This document shows, piece by piece, positions 40,862-54,649 of a DNA stretch of 64,000 nt; the stretch's first letter is position 1, and each line of letters starts with the position of its first letter. The position numbers were made by a program, and so were the translations under genes. The notes beneath the pieces were generated by a model that saw nothing but the letters and a program-made list of their open reading frames with translations, was not told the origin of the DNA and did not search any database. Source of the DNA: Octopus vulgaris. Taxonomy: Eukaryota. Where the stretch lies: assembly GCA_951406725.2 (NCBI GenBank), contig OX597821.1, positions 111,352,001 through 111,416,000 of the forward strand. Reading direction: 5' to 3'.

Positions 40862-41687
40862 CTGGCCGAAAATTCGAAGTTATAGTCAATAATGCCTAAA
40901 ACATCGAGCAAAGAATATAAGTAGCGATCGTGATATCCACCATGAAGAAATGATCAAGTTCAATAATGATCTGTTAAGCAACAACTACCCCAAAAGCATA
41001 CTCTCCATTCCAATTATGAAGAAAAGAGGGGATGAAACCAATAAACTGTCCACAGTTTGTCTACCCTATGTGAAAGGCCTCTCCGAAAAGATACAAAAGA
41101 TATGCGTCCCCAAAGTCCATCCCCTCCCCACCGTGGTGGGGACGCTGGCAACGGGTAGTGTCAGAGCTATGCCGTCGGGAACTTCGGTTCCTGGTAGGGC
41201 CACCCAAGGCGGATTGGTCTAACACCGAGTGGTATTAGGGCCACAACCCGGCAGACGGGCCTCTGGGGAAAATCCTCAGAGTGTCTGTTTCAGCAACCGG
41301 CAGGTCCTCGGTCGTTCTGTCCCTGCGTCTGCGGACAATCTGCGGAAAACAGGATGTCTCTACATGCGGGATTGTTGGGGACCGCTTGTGAAATCCACAT
41401 ATTCCCACGAAACGTCTTCCAATAGAAGCCGACTCAACCCGCCCAGGGTGAATGTCGCCACAAGTACAAGTAGTAAGTACATATGACATCAGGACAGTAT
41501 TCAAGTGTAATACAACACTTCGCAAATATCTCCTTCGAGTAAAACCACCAATAGAAGAGAATATGATCAAAGACTACGTGTACTCCATCCCATGCAGCTG
41601 TGGTAGATTATACAAAGGCAAAACATGCCGCCCCTTCAGAATAAGGGTAGAGGAACATCGTAAAGCTGTGACACGAGGAGATACTGA
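40862..41687 (+). mobile_element. Penelope-like element fragment (Penelope/Poseidon-type), RT-linker plus GIY-YIG, interrupted at 41104-41479
   Basis: NNYP...LPYVKGLSEKIQKIC | YDIRTVFK...VYSIPCSCGRLYKGKTCRPFRIRVEEH. Confidence 0.85.
41104..41479 (+). mobile_element. RTE-derived short element with HDV-like ribozyme 5' end and (CAAGTA)n-like tail
   Basis: Clean insertion into the PLE ORF; RTE-type 5' UTR string GAGCTATG...CCTGGTAGGGCCACCCAAGGC; manual HDV fold over 41104-41219. Confidence 0.65.
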
Positions 41688-41844
41688 TGTATGTATGTAT
41701 GTATGTATGTATGTATGTATGTATGTATGTATGTATGTATGTATGTATGTATGTATGTATGTATGTATGTGTGTGTATGTATGTATTTATGTATGTATGT
41801 ATGTATGTATTTATGCGTGTGTGTGTACGTATGCATGCATCTAT

Positions 41845-42585
41845 GTCAGTGTGAAAGTATAGAAGCTCTTGTGTTAAAGCAAAGGCTCAGATGGAGTGGT
41901 CATCTGGTCAGGATGAAGGATTCAAGGATGCCAAAACAACTCTTTTATGGAGAGTTAGCTAATGGAGAACGACCTTCACATAAACCAAAAAAGAGGTATA
42001 AGAACTTGCTGAAGGCTTCCTTAAGAGATGCTTGCATCTCTCCTGAAACATGGGAAGGCATAGCTATTGATCATAGCAAGTGGAGAAGGATTGTGAACGA
42101 GGGGACAGCTACTTTTGAGAAATCTCGAGTTGCACATGAGAAAGTACGGAGGGATGTCAGGAAGGGCATCGCTGTTACACTTCCAGATGGGAAGGGTCTT
42201 CCTATGATGCTGACATGCAGTGTCTGTGCAAGACCCTGCCTCAGTAAAGCTGGACTGAAGAGTCATCTTCGTAGTCATAAAACGAAACAGATGAGTGACA
42301 ACCTGGCCACTGGTGGTGGTGTAACACACCATACTAATCATATTTTTCGGGCATGTGGAAGAGAGTGTAATTGGGCAGGAGGACTTAAACGACATGCAAA
42401 GGTACATGAAGCCCAGTTACAACTACAGCCGGCTATTACCGGTAAAGGTTTTAGTTGCCAATTCTGTACAAGACATTGTAGATCTTTAGCTGGGCTAAAA
42501 AGTCATATTCGATCACAGCATCAATAACAGTTAAGCTTCGTGCAATGGCCATACTCGATAACGAGGGGGCAGCCATAATAATAAT
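41845..42585 (+). mobile_element. 5'-truncated RTE LINE ORF C-terminus with three C2H2-type fingers
   Basis: RLRWSGHLVRMKDSRMPKQLFYGEL...PKKRYK...WE..A.D...WR; CxxC..GLxSH..H repeats; (AAT)n tail. Confidence 0.9.
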
Positions 42586-43039
42586 GTATATATATATATG
42601 TATGCTCTCTAGAGTAAATTTTGACGGGCCACCTACTTGATAGCAAGGTTGTGAAGGAAAGCATTTTGTTTTGTTCATCATCCTGCCCGCCTGTCTGTCT
42701 ATCTCTCTGTTTGTCTGTCTGTCTGTCTCTGTCGTTCTCTCTCTCTCTCTAATTATGTATGTTGCATTTGGAAATTTATATTTTTTTCCGCAGAAATAGG
42801 TCTGTTCACCGATAAAACTTCTCGCTTTGCATCAAAACAATTCCATAGAATAACGAATCTATGAGCGAGTTAATGCATGCAAATATATGAGTGAACATGT
42901 GGCTATACTTTCACTCATGTAATGGGTACACACATCTTTTCTGTATGTGAGATTTTCACGAATGTATACATTTACGCTGAATGCATACCGTTGATTGTAT
43001 GCATATGTTGATTGCAAGAAAAGTCAAATGGAAATTTTT

Positions 43040-43560
43040 TAGAAAGATTCATAAATATTCACAGTATTCTTAATCGATTAGATTTCGAAAATACAAGACA
43101 GTCTGCCTCGTTCTTTGTTGAAGAAACCCCTATACATTTCCAAGTTGTTATGCAGATTTATGGTTACATAGCCCAGTGCATCTATGATAATAGATACAAA
43201 TGAAAATCTATAAGTTGGATGCAGGAGCTCTAAGTTCCGCATCAGTTCATAATAGTTCTTCTCTTTCTTTCAGTAACTTGAGATGAGACATTCACATCCT
43301 CGATGCAGCTGACTTCTACGACAGCGCATGTCCTTTTCTTCCTGTTTCCTAAAACAATATAAGGTCTTTTCTTTTTGTTCATACAGGGCTGCAGTTTTTA
43401 TTGCAATGTCCCAACCTTCAGCATTCCTTGGTTTTAAAGGTATAGATAGATACCTTCTGGTTTCTGTAACCCTTCCTTTTGTGTGAAGGACAAGTTTCAA
43501 ATCTTCATTTTTGGTATGACGAAATGATTAGCTTTCTTGTAATAGCTGCGATTATTTGCG
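43040..43560 (-). mobile_element. Old decayed copy of the R4/Dong-like RLE LINE
   Basis: TCAVVEVSCIEDVNV...KEKNYYELMRNLELLHPTY...DALGYVT aligns with the 5672-6316 protein. Confidence 0.7.
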
Positions 43561-43672
43561 GGGACTACGCATATCAGCGTAATCCTTTCTGCGAAAAGAC
43601 ATTATAAATTTTGGCAACATAGATATTTAAGAAGAGCTCTTGATAATATGGATGATATCCTTCATCTCAATA

Positions 43673-44242
43673 TATAGGGCCGTCCTGAAAGTTCGTGCCG
43701 ATTTATAGTAGCTTACCTTTCGACTTATTTTAGAACATGATTGAGTTCATAAAATAGGATTTCACTACACCTCCATTTAGAACACAGTTTAAGCTATCTT
43801 TTCGTGGAAGAAGGTTTATGTTCCTATAACCTGTGTTAATTCTGTACCCCTTTAAAATGGAAGAGAAGAAAGTTCATTTTCCGCACTTGATGCTTTGGGA
43901 ACCAGGCAAAAATTGCTGCAGCTCGGCTGGGATGTGTTACCCGACCCTCCATATTCACCAGATATTGCTCCTTCGGATTTCCACATATTCAGGTCTCTGC
44001 AGAATAGTCTTAATAGTAAAAAATTCAATTCCTTGTATGACGTAAAAAGATACCTTGATGAATTCTTCGCCATGAAACCACCTCAATTCTGGGAAGAGGG
44101 CATTTTCAAGTTAAAGGAAAGATGGAGACGCATTGTGCAACAAAATGGTTCATATTTGGTTGATTAAAAATGTAATGGCAAGTATTTATTGACCTTTTTC
44201 TTCCCTTTAAAAATCGGCACGAACTTTCCGGACAATCCAGTA
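43673..44242 (+). mobile_element. Internally deleted mariner transposon
   Basis: TIRs ..GAAAGTTCGTGCCGATTT / AAATCGGCACGAACTTTC..; PPYSPDIAPSDFHIF and GIFKLKERWRRIVQQNGSY. Confidence 0.9.
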
Positions 44243-45036
44243 ATACAACCAGCATCCTCTGTCACAAAATAGTAGTTTGATAGCATCCTTATCTCTTTTA
44301 TTGATCGGATATTTACTAAATATCTCGTGTTCTTGCGTAGCAAAGACGGTGATCTTTCTTGATATAACGTAACGTCTAACTAAAACAGGTTCAGTGTTGT
44401 TATCCACCCGAAATTTCAGATCTTGTGCCGAAATAAGAAGCCATCATTTGCTATATACTTTAGGCAGTGAGATGGTAGAATTGCTCGTGCGTCGGGCAAA
44501 ATGCTTAACGACATTTCTTTCGCCTCTATACACTCTGAGTTCAAATCCCACAGGTCACCTTTGCCTTTCATCTGTTCAGGCTCGATAAAATAAAGTACCA
44601 GTCAAACAGTGGGGTCGATGTAACTGACTAGTTCCCCCTCCCCTCAAAGTTAATGGCTTTTTGCCAAAATTAGAGAGAATAATTTAATACATTCTTCATT
44701 TTTAGAACGCCAGTGGGGGAGTAGACTGCTATTTCAAAAGGATTGAACGACCACCTAGAAGCTCTTCCGTGTGTATTCCGACATTGACGACAATGGTGTT
44801 GGTGGTGGTGGTCACGGCTATTGGGGGTCTCGGAGTTGGAACTGAAGATTCACACGTGTTAATTCTATTGAAACAATGCTCTTTTACAAGTTCAGAATCA
44901 AACAGGAAATTAGTTATGGTAAATTCCACTGGCAAAAAAAAAAAAAAAATTAAATTAACACACGAGGTTACCCACCATTCAAATTATGAATTCATTTTCT
45001 CCTTCAAATACGACGAGATACTCACGCATGCGCACA

Positions 45037-45080
<44 letters not shown>

Positions 45081-45345
45081 GGCACCCACGTATAAGCACG
45101 CACACCTACACGTACAAGCGCATGCGCAAACTTACACATACACACGACTGAATCTTTGTATGCTGTTTCATTGATTTTCAAACTGAAAGCACAAACCCTA
45201 CACCACACTCACTCCAACCCACGAGCCCCGAGCAATAACGCAATCTGTAACACATTTTTGAATATTATTTTTTTGAAGGTTGTTATCATTACCATTATTA
45301 TCATTATTATTATTATTATTATTATAATTATTATCATTATTATTA

Positions 45346-45430
<85 letters not shown>

Positions 45431-45447
45431 TATTATCATTATTATCA

Positions 45448-45562
<115 letters not shown>

Positions 45563-45663
45563 CAAACATTGAAAGATACTATATAATATCGTCTGCATTT
45601 TTAATAAAGTATTAAGACGATTTCGTAGTCGTGGTTTGTAGAATCTGCCACTCATCACACACA

Positions 45664-45736
<73 letters not shown>

Positions 45737-45788
45737 AGCGTGCATATGCACATATATATATATATATACATGTGAGTGTGTCTGTATG

Positions 45789-45831
<43 letters not shown>

Positions 45832-45880
45832 GTACATACATTTACACATACACACAAGTGTATGTATATATGTATGTACT

Positions 45881-45914
<34 letters not shown>

Positions 45915-46107
45915 CTTACACACACGTATACCCACGCACACACGCGCATTCATACTGGAAACAACATAATCTGTATGTATAAATATTAAGATGAATAAAT
46001 ATTTATAATATTTTTGTATAACAATCAAGTGACTTGTCATCTTTTCCCGAATCCCCACGTCTTCCTGAATGGCTTATCGTATTACACACACACACACACA
46101 CACCTAT

Positions 46108-46182
<75 letters not shown>

Positions 46183-46349
46183 GTCTATTATGTTATATCA
46201 TATTACATTATATATTGTTTGTTTTGTTTTATTGTATTTGTATTTGGCTGGAAATCATAATTTTTTTTATTGTTCAAGGTAAAGCGTAGCGCGAAAGTTC
46301 GAATCCACCTCTAGTTTAGTGTTTGTGTAATATTTCTCATCGTCTGCCT

Positions 46350-46547
46350 GTCTTAGTTATTAGACTGCGGCCATGCTGGGGCAACACATTGGAGAACTTT
46401 TAGTCGAATGAATCGACCCGAGTCCTTATTTGTTTTTTAAAGCCTCGTACTTCTTATTCTATTTTGACGAGCTGCTATGTTACGGGGTCGTAAACACACC
46501 AACACCGTTTGTCAAGCGGTGGTGGTGGACAAACAAACACACACACA

Positions 46548-46592
<45 letters not shown>

Positions 46593-47616
46593 TCACACAC
46601 CAAAACTCACATAGATTTATACAATGGGCTTCTTTCAGTTTCCGTCTATCAGATCCATTCACACGATTTTAATCAGCCCAAGGCTACAGTAAAAGACACT
46701 TGATCAAGGTGCCACGCAGTGGGACTGAACCCGAACCATGTATTTAGGGAGCAAACTACTTACTACACAGTCACGCGTGCGCCTGTATAGTATATTCTTT
46801 TATCTTCTTTCGTTTGTTTCAATCAGTGGTCTGCGGTCATGCTGGGGCACCGCCCCGAACGATTCTAGACGAACAAATTGACCCCAGGACTTAATTTTCT
46901 TTAAGTGAGTCTGGTTCTCATTCTATATATCTCTTTTGCTGAACTGGCAATTTACGGGATGTAAACAAACTAATACCGATTGTAAAGCGGTGAGGATCGG
47001 GGGGCTGGTAAACTCAGACACAAAGACAGTCAGACACCCCCACATACCCACAGATGTATAAATAATGAGATTCTGCACAGTTTCCGCCCACCGAAATTCA
47101 CTCAGAATGCTTTGATCGGACCGGTTCTTTGTAGAAAACACTTTTCCAAAGTGCAGTACAGTGGGATCGAACCTACAACTACGTAGTTGTAAAACGAGCT
47201 TCTTAACCACACAGCCACACCTTAGTTTTTTTTCTTTCTTAAAAGTTTTGAGAGATAGGAAATAAATCATATTAACGCTGGAACCCGAAGTATATAAAGC
47301 TATTAAAAATCGCATGTAAAATATTGGATTAGAAACAAACCCCTGGACAGATAAAAATCAATGGCTGCCCGTGGGACACGAACCCACATCCGTGAGCATG
47401 ACGTGCGTTATCATCGACTTTTGTCTATCCAAGAGTTTTGAAAACTCAATAGTCTACATGGCGAAGGCGTGGCTGTCTGGTAAGATGTTTGCTCTCAACA
47501 ATATGGTTCCGGGTTCAGTCCCACTGCATACCACCTTGGGTAAATGTCTTCTACTATAGCCTCGTGCCAACCAAAGCCTTGTGAGTGGATTTAATAGATG
47601 GAAACTGAAAGAAGTC

Positions 47617-47651
<35 letters not shown>

Positions 47652-47875
47652 TGTGTATGTGTGCGTGCGTGTATTTGTGTCTATGTTTATCCCTCCCCCA
47701 CCGCTTGAAATTCGGTGTAGGTGTGTTTCCGTCCCCATAATCTAGTGGTTCGGCAAAAGAGACCGATGGAATAAGTATCAGGCTAAAAAAAAAAGTACTA
47801 GGGTTGATTCATTCATCTAAATATTCTTCAAAGCGGTGCCCCAGCATGACCGCTGTCTAATGACTGAAACGTAAA
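46350..47875. mobile_element. Three SINE family A copies (46350-46785 -, 46800-47222 -, 47460-47875 +)
   Basis: Head and tail motifs as above. Confidence 0.8.
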
Positions 47876-48260
47876 CAATTATTTCGAGTTCCGTCGTTAA
47901 AACGATTTGTTTCTGTATAGTATTTAGGAAAAAAAATGTTTTCATCCCATCTTCCTGGTTTAATTTTCAAATAAAGCCTGAAGTAAAAGGAGGGGAAAAT
48001 GCCATAGCATGTGGATTAAAAGGGAAGGATTTTATGCTAAAAACAGGAAATGATTTGAGGAACGAAAATGATGTGTCACGTGAATGATACAAAATAGGGC
48101 CATATTAACAAGAAAAATTAGCCTTGCTTTGCAATGCCTTGGAGACTTTTAATTCCTGATGCAGTCGAAAGGACATTTGTAAATGTACGGCATGTCTCGA
48201 AGCTTGTTACGAGCATTAAAGAAAAATTGGTCTGGTAACAGCCAATTACTGCCAGAGAGG

Positions 48261-48305
<45 letters not shown>

Positions 48306-48883
48306 GGGACAGAGGATGGAGAGAGAGAGGGAGGGAGGAAAAGAGGATGAAAGTGACAAACAGAAAAAGAAGAATAGGATACAATACGAAAGTGGTACTT
48401 TACTTATCGTCCTCAAAAGATAAAATAAATAACAGATTCTGTTGCTTGGATAATGGAAAGAGTGAATCCAAAAGCTTAGTTTTCGGTAACGCAAAGGAAC
48501 TAATAATTGTTCGTGATTTAGTCATAAGACCAGCAATTCTGAGGTCCGGCTATTTGTCTATTCCATTGAATCCAATGCTGGACCGGTACTTATTTCATCG
48601 AGCCCCAAAGTTGCCGTAGGTGGGACTTGAACTCAGAATGCAAAGAGCCGTAGGAGACACCATAAGCCATAAGGCATTGGACTTTCTTAACTAACTGGCA
48701 CTCCGCTGGTTCTGGCCACGAGGGTTCCAGTTGATCCGATCAACGGAACAGCCTGCACGTGGAATTAACGAACAAGTGGCTGAGCACTCTACAGACACAC
48801 GTACCCTAATGTAGTTTCTAAAGAGGTTCAACGTGACACAAAATGTAACAAGGTCTCGGTGGCTGAAGACATTATCAGGAAGA

Positions 48884-48930
48884 ACCACGTCCGGTTTCGG
48901 TCCCTAATCCTCTACCGTTTTCGACGTGAC
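48884..48930 (-). ncRNA. Degenerate type-I hammerhead-like motif (U3-A8 type) in an insert within SINE C
   Basis: GTCACG-TCGAAAA-C-GGT..ACC-GAA-ACCGG-A-CGTGGT; U4 and U16.1 altered. Confidence 0.4.
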
Positions 48931-49719
48931 ACCCCTACTTTCGGTGGTATCTTTAGCTCTGGCGTTGAGTGCGTTTCTTTCTTTTCTCTTTGGCCTTTTT
49001 GCTCTTTGGTTTCTTCGATGCAGCGTCAACGAATGCCAAATTTCCTTTTAAATATCCGCCGGTAGGCTCCAGCACTCAGCGCCAACTAACTGTCACGTGA
49101 CACTATATAAGCTTCAACTGACCAATAAGTACAGCTCATTTTTGCCATCTGATCGGACTGGAGCAATGTGGAATGAAATGTCTTGCTCAAGAGTACAATT
49201 CGTCGCCGAGAGTCGAACTCATGAACTTAACAACGGTGATCCGAAAACTATAACCACCAAGCGAGGCGCCTTCACCCGACATTCTTACAGTTCTTCCAAA
49301 CGACCAGTCTGGGTCGGTTCTTTGCACTTATTAAGCCCGAAATGAATTGAGGCAAAATTGACCTCGGTGGGAATCGAACTCACTGCACAGAGAGCCGGAA
49401 CGATTACCGCAAAGCATTTTATCCGATGCTTTAATGACTCCGCTAATTCGACTCATTAGGAAGAGGCTAGAGTGTGGCCTAGTGGTAAGGAACCATGCGG
49501 CCTGGGTTCGATTCTTGGCATGGAAACGCATGGTTAAGAGGAAAACGCCGTCAAACATCGACAAACTTTGTTGCTGCGTCCCAGGTTGGAACCCGACCAT
49601 AACAATAATAGAAGTAAATTCTGAAAAATAATACAAATCTCCCTCATTTCTGACCAGGAAAAAGCTTTTAGTTGTTGGCCGGAGAAAGGGCCTTGCTTCC
49701 TGGTCGAGTAATTCTACTC

Positions 49720-50063
49720 TATTGCCAAAAGTGAAATGTAAAGTTTTGTATAAGCTTTGTTGTGTTAAGTACTGGTTATCACAAAAGTATTAAAATACAG
49801 TTATACATTCTTTGATAATAATAAGAAAATGTTAAAAACAGTTTACAAGAAAGTATTTAAGAAAGTATTCAACAAAAAGTATTAGGAGTTCAATAAAAAT
49901 CATGTTTGTTTGGTAGTATATATATATACACAGAAGGAGATATATATAAGAATTTACAAAAAATTGGAGAGGAACTGGTCTGTATTTCTGACACAAGACA
50001 GAAAATGTCAGAATTACAGGTCAGTTTCTCTCCATTTTTTTTGTAAATTCTTAAATATATCTC

Positions 50064-50094
<31 letters not shown>

Positions 50095-50287
50095 CAAAGA
50101 AACATGATTTTTATTGAACTCCTAATACTTTTTGTTGAATACTTTCTTGAATATTTTCTTGTAAACTGTTTTTAACATTTTCTTATTATTATCAAAGAAT
50201 GTATAACTGTATTTTAATACTTTTGTGACAACCAGTACTTAACACAACAAAGCTTATACAAAGCTTTACATTTTACTTTTGACAATA
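49720..50287. repeat. ~570-bp palindrome with nested (TA)n-bounded inner hairpin
   Basis: 49720-49992 is an imperfect reverse complement of 50006-50287; ~13-nt central spacer. Confidence 0.9.
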
Positions 50288-51734
50288 TTTTTTTTAAAAA
50301 GTGAAACAGGTCAAGACAATAAACGTTTTTAAAATTGCATTTTCAAACCTTCTTTCATATATATATATATACATACTTATATTTTATCTGTACTTGACTG
50401 ATAATTATTTTATCGATTCCTGAAAGGATGAAAGGCAAAGTCGACCTCTGCAGTATTTGAAATACCGCTAAGCATTCTGCCGCCTTGTTAACGAGTCTGC
50501 CAGCTCACCGCTTTAATACTACTACAACTACTACTAGTAGTAATAATAATAATAATGATAATAATAATAATAATAATAATATAGTATCAATGTGGCAACT
50601 TTACGATTTACAATGTCCAGACAACAAGTGCTGTAACTATAGGCATACCACGTACTTTTACCAGATGGTTATGCACACTATACACAGTACAGCTCATAAA
50701 ATATAATTTGTTTCTAATTATGAATACATTTTAATTACAAATTCAGTATTAATGAAAATCGTTGAGAAATCTTGTTCTTGATTGCATTTAGGAATTTTAA
50801 TGAAAAAAAATCAAATTAAAATAAACAGATCTCGTGTATCGGAGAAAGTGTGAACTTAAAAGTACTTTTGTCTGTGAATATTTATAGAAATTCAACATAG
50901 AATGTTACGAGATAGCTCTGAGACAATGGCGGTCTGTTGAATGATTAATTTCAAGGCCTTGTTTTCGTTCATGATTTTTCTATTTAAATTTTTGTTAGGT
51001 TATTTTTGCAATTTCTGTTTATCTCCTTCATCTCACTTTTACTTAATTTCAGCTGCTCTCCGAGAATTTTCTGAAGAAGTTTCCAAGTTACCTCTGGTTA
51101 CAATGAAAAAGATACCGGGTCCCGCAAGAGATAAGTTTTGTCTTTAAATAAAATTTAATAAAATTTGTTGCACATAGAAGAAAAAAACATAAACAAACGA
51201 TGTTATTTACCATTTTCAAAACAATACCTTATGTTCTTCGGCAATTGTTTCCAACTATAGCTTCGGCCCAGCTAAATCTCATGAGTGGATTTGGTAAATA
51301 GAGAGAAGCCTGTCCTATACTGGTTTTAAATTCTGGTACGAGGCCAGCAAGTTCGGAGGAGTGGGTTTGTCGATTATATCAACCCCGCTGCTTGACTGGT
51401 ACTCATTTTATCGACCCATAAAGGTTGCAAGGCAAAGTCAGCTTAGGCGGAACTTGAACTCTGAACGTAAAGACTCACGAACTGATGTTAAACATTTTGT
51501 CCAGCGTGCTTACGATTCTGCTAGCTCACCGCCATAACACATACATACATACATACATACATACATACATACATACATACATACATACATACATACATAC
51601 AGACATACAGACATACATACATACATACATACATACATACATACATACATACATACATACATACAGACATACATACATACATACAGACATACATACATAC
51701 ATACATACATACAGACAGACAGACAGATATATGT

Positions 51735-52175
51735 ACGTTAATGATTTGGTACAGAGAAGAGAAACTGTGCACAGTTGTAGAAATTAGCTGCCCAGCGGAT
51801 GTTAACATAAAGCTGAAGATCAGTGAAAAAGAGAATACCTACGCTGAACTATTGAGAAATCTGCAGTTACTCTATCCAGATTACAATTTCAGGTTTAAAC
51901 CTGTAATTATTGGAGCTCTGGGATGTGTAACACACTGCCTGAATACGAATCTTGAGAAATTAGGCTTCTGAAACCAGAAAGGAGAAAGCTAATTCGAAGA
52001 CTATAGATCTAATCCATTACCGGAACTGTAAAAATCTGTAAAAGTTTCCCGAAGTTTATCATTTAAATATATATGGGGATGTCTAGATATGCAACTATGT
52101 ACCTGAGAATACATACATAAAGCAAAACATATACATACATACATACATACATACATACATACATACATACATACA

Positions 52176-52209
<34 letters not shown>

Positions 52210-52350
52210 CATACATAGTACATACATACATACAAACAAACAAAAATTCCCTCTTGTTGATGTTGAAATTCCAATGAAGGAACCTTGGATCTAGGTTAGA
52301 AACCGGATCTTTCTCTGTTTGCAAGAAATCTTGAAATAAAACTGAACAAT
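51735..52350 (+). mobile_element. Second 5'-truncated copy of the R4/Dong-like LINE in (TACA)n
   Basis: VEISCPADVNIKLKISEKENTY identical to the 5672-6316 ORF; premature stop at 51969-51971; same 3' UTR. Confidence 0.9.
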
Positions 52351-53146
52351 GACATACATACACACACACACATACACATACACACATACACACATACACA
52401 CACACGCATATCGTCAGTAGTTTTATATATCCGGAAAAAATCAGTAATATATATTTTGAAGGATGTATGTTATGGCCGGTCAGAGAGTGACCATTGATTT
52501 CTCACCTATAAAGCGCTAAGCTCCAACTCATCAGACTCAAATGACCGCTTATGTGCCTCTGGTCATTTCAATTCGGGTACGTGGTATTGATAAGCCACAA
52601 AAATGGTGAAACATCGATGTCCAACACTCCTGGGTGGGATCTGGGGTGTGTTATCACTCCAGTGCATGACTTTCAGGTATTTTAATACCAACCTCCCGGC
52701 AAATACACAATGCGTGTACGTTAAGTATGCGTGGTTCGAAGTGTTTGTTACACTAGCGCTGCTTCTGTTTCATATTTGTGTATGTATATATATACACATA
52801 TAAGAGGGATGACCTCTAAGTGGAGATCCATTATGCTAGAAGAAGATCCGCTATGGTCTTATTATACCTTTCTTACCATAGCGGATCTTCTTCTAGCATT
52901 ATGGATGTCCACTTACAGGTCAACCCCTCTTATATGTATGTAATATAACTTTTTCTGAAACTTCAGATTTTTCAATATGCTAGACCACTGGTTTTAAATT
53001 GATATTAATCAAATTAATATTCAATTTTTCGCTCTTATTATTTTAAATTTATATACATGTATGTATGTATGTATGTATGTGACCGCGTGTGTCGTTGACG
53101 ATTTTCTTTCTCCGTCTTCCCTTCCTTGGACCTTTCTTTTTTCTAT

Positions 53147-53181
53147 GTTTCTGATGAAGAGCTCCGCTCGAAACGTTAAAT
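53147..53181 (+). ncRNA. Minimal type-I hammerhead ribozyme
   Basis: GTTT-CTGATGA-A-GAGC-TCC-GCTC-GAA-ACGT-T-AAAT; in a ~200-bp insert (53080-53280) ending at (TA)n; related 3' end at 54482-54573 (-). Confidence 0.75.
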
Positions 53182-53274
53182 CCTCCTTTTTTCTTTCTTG
53201 TCCTGAGCGTCCAATAACACTATACTTGTTCCACGTCCTCGCGTTGTTGTGTTTTCTCTTTGTTTATGTTTGGA

Positions 53275-53372
<98 letters not shown>

Positions 53373-53879
53373 GTGTGTGTGTGTGTGTGTGTGTACGTAA
53401 CAAACTGAGGAAAAGAACCTTCAAAGGGGTGTATCAAACATCCGATTCAATGGTACTTCAGGTGGATACCATATAAGTATTGGTATAATTCAATAATAAA
53501 GATAAATCAAATCTAGAGGCATTCTATTGCCATTCAATAATTTATTTATATTATAATATTACATTAAATATTATGAATATAATATATAACATAATATAAT
53601 ATTATATAAATAATTATAAAAACCGTAAAAGGCCAATTTCGACATATATATATATATATATATATATTTCTGATATACATAATTACAGTTCCATTATATA
53701 TAAGTCACTTCAGGGACTTGGTTCAGAAAGATGAAATTGGTTTGCGTTTTACGGTCTTCATAATTATTTATATAATATTATGTTATGTTATATATTATAT
53801 TCATAGTATTAAATGTAATATTGTAGTGTAAATAAATTATTGGATTGTCAATAGTATACCTTTATATTTAATTTATCTT

Positions 53880-53930
<51 letters not shown>

Positions 53931-54011
53931 GTATGCATGTATGTATGTATGTATGTATGTATATGTATGCATGTATGTATGTATGTATGTATGTATGTAT
54001 CTATGTATGTA

Positions 54012-54047
<36 letters not shown>

Positions 54048-54048
<1 letters not shown>

Positions 54049-54461
54049 ACAATGTTCCACCTTCGATTGAGAGCATGTATCCCTGCCCCGTAAAATTCTT
54101 TTGACTGTTGTTTGAGCCACTTCTTCACTACACTTTTCAGTTCCTCGTCACTGGAATAATTTAGCGCCTTCAGACTATCATCTCTTCGGCCCCATGAAAG
54201 AGGGTTTGAGAGGCAAACATTATTCCAGTGACGAGGCAGTGAAAACTGTAGTGAAGAAGTGGCTCAAAGAACAGTCAAAGAGAATTACATGCTCTCATTC
54301 GAAGGTGGAACATTGCTATTGAGAGAAACGGTGACTATGTTGAGAAGTAGAGATGTGATCCACAGAGGACCAGCTTCATTTTGATGCATGATACATGTTC
54401 CTGTGTTGGTAATTATACTTGTCCTGAACAAAATGGCATTACTTTTTGACTCACCCACGTA
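54048..54461 (+). mobile_element. Mariner 3' fragment with a local inverted duplication
   Basis: LFGPMKEGLRGKHYSSDEAVK..KWL...HALIRRWNIAIERNGDYVEK*; terminus TTACTTTTTGACTCACCCACGTA; 54048-54165 is an inverted copy of ~54218-54320. Confidence 0.8.
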
Positions 54462-54570
54462 TATATATATATATATATATATAATTTTAATCCAAACGGG
54501 AAAACAAAAAAACAACAACAATGGAACAATTACAGTATTATTATTAATAGGCGCTCAGGAAATGGAAGCA

Positions 54571-54649
<79 letters not shown>

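Noticed and set aside
41691-42527. Apparent host C2H2 zinc-finger gene
   Set aside because: Fingers are contiguous with RTE RT C-terminal motifs and an RTE 3' tail.
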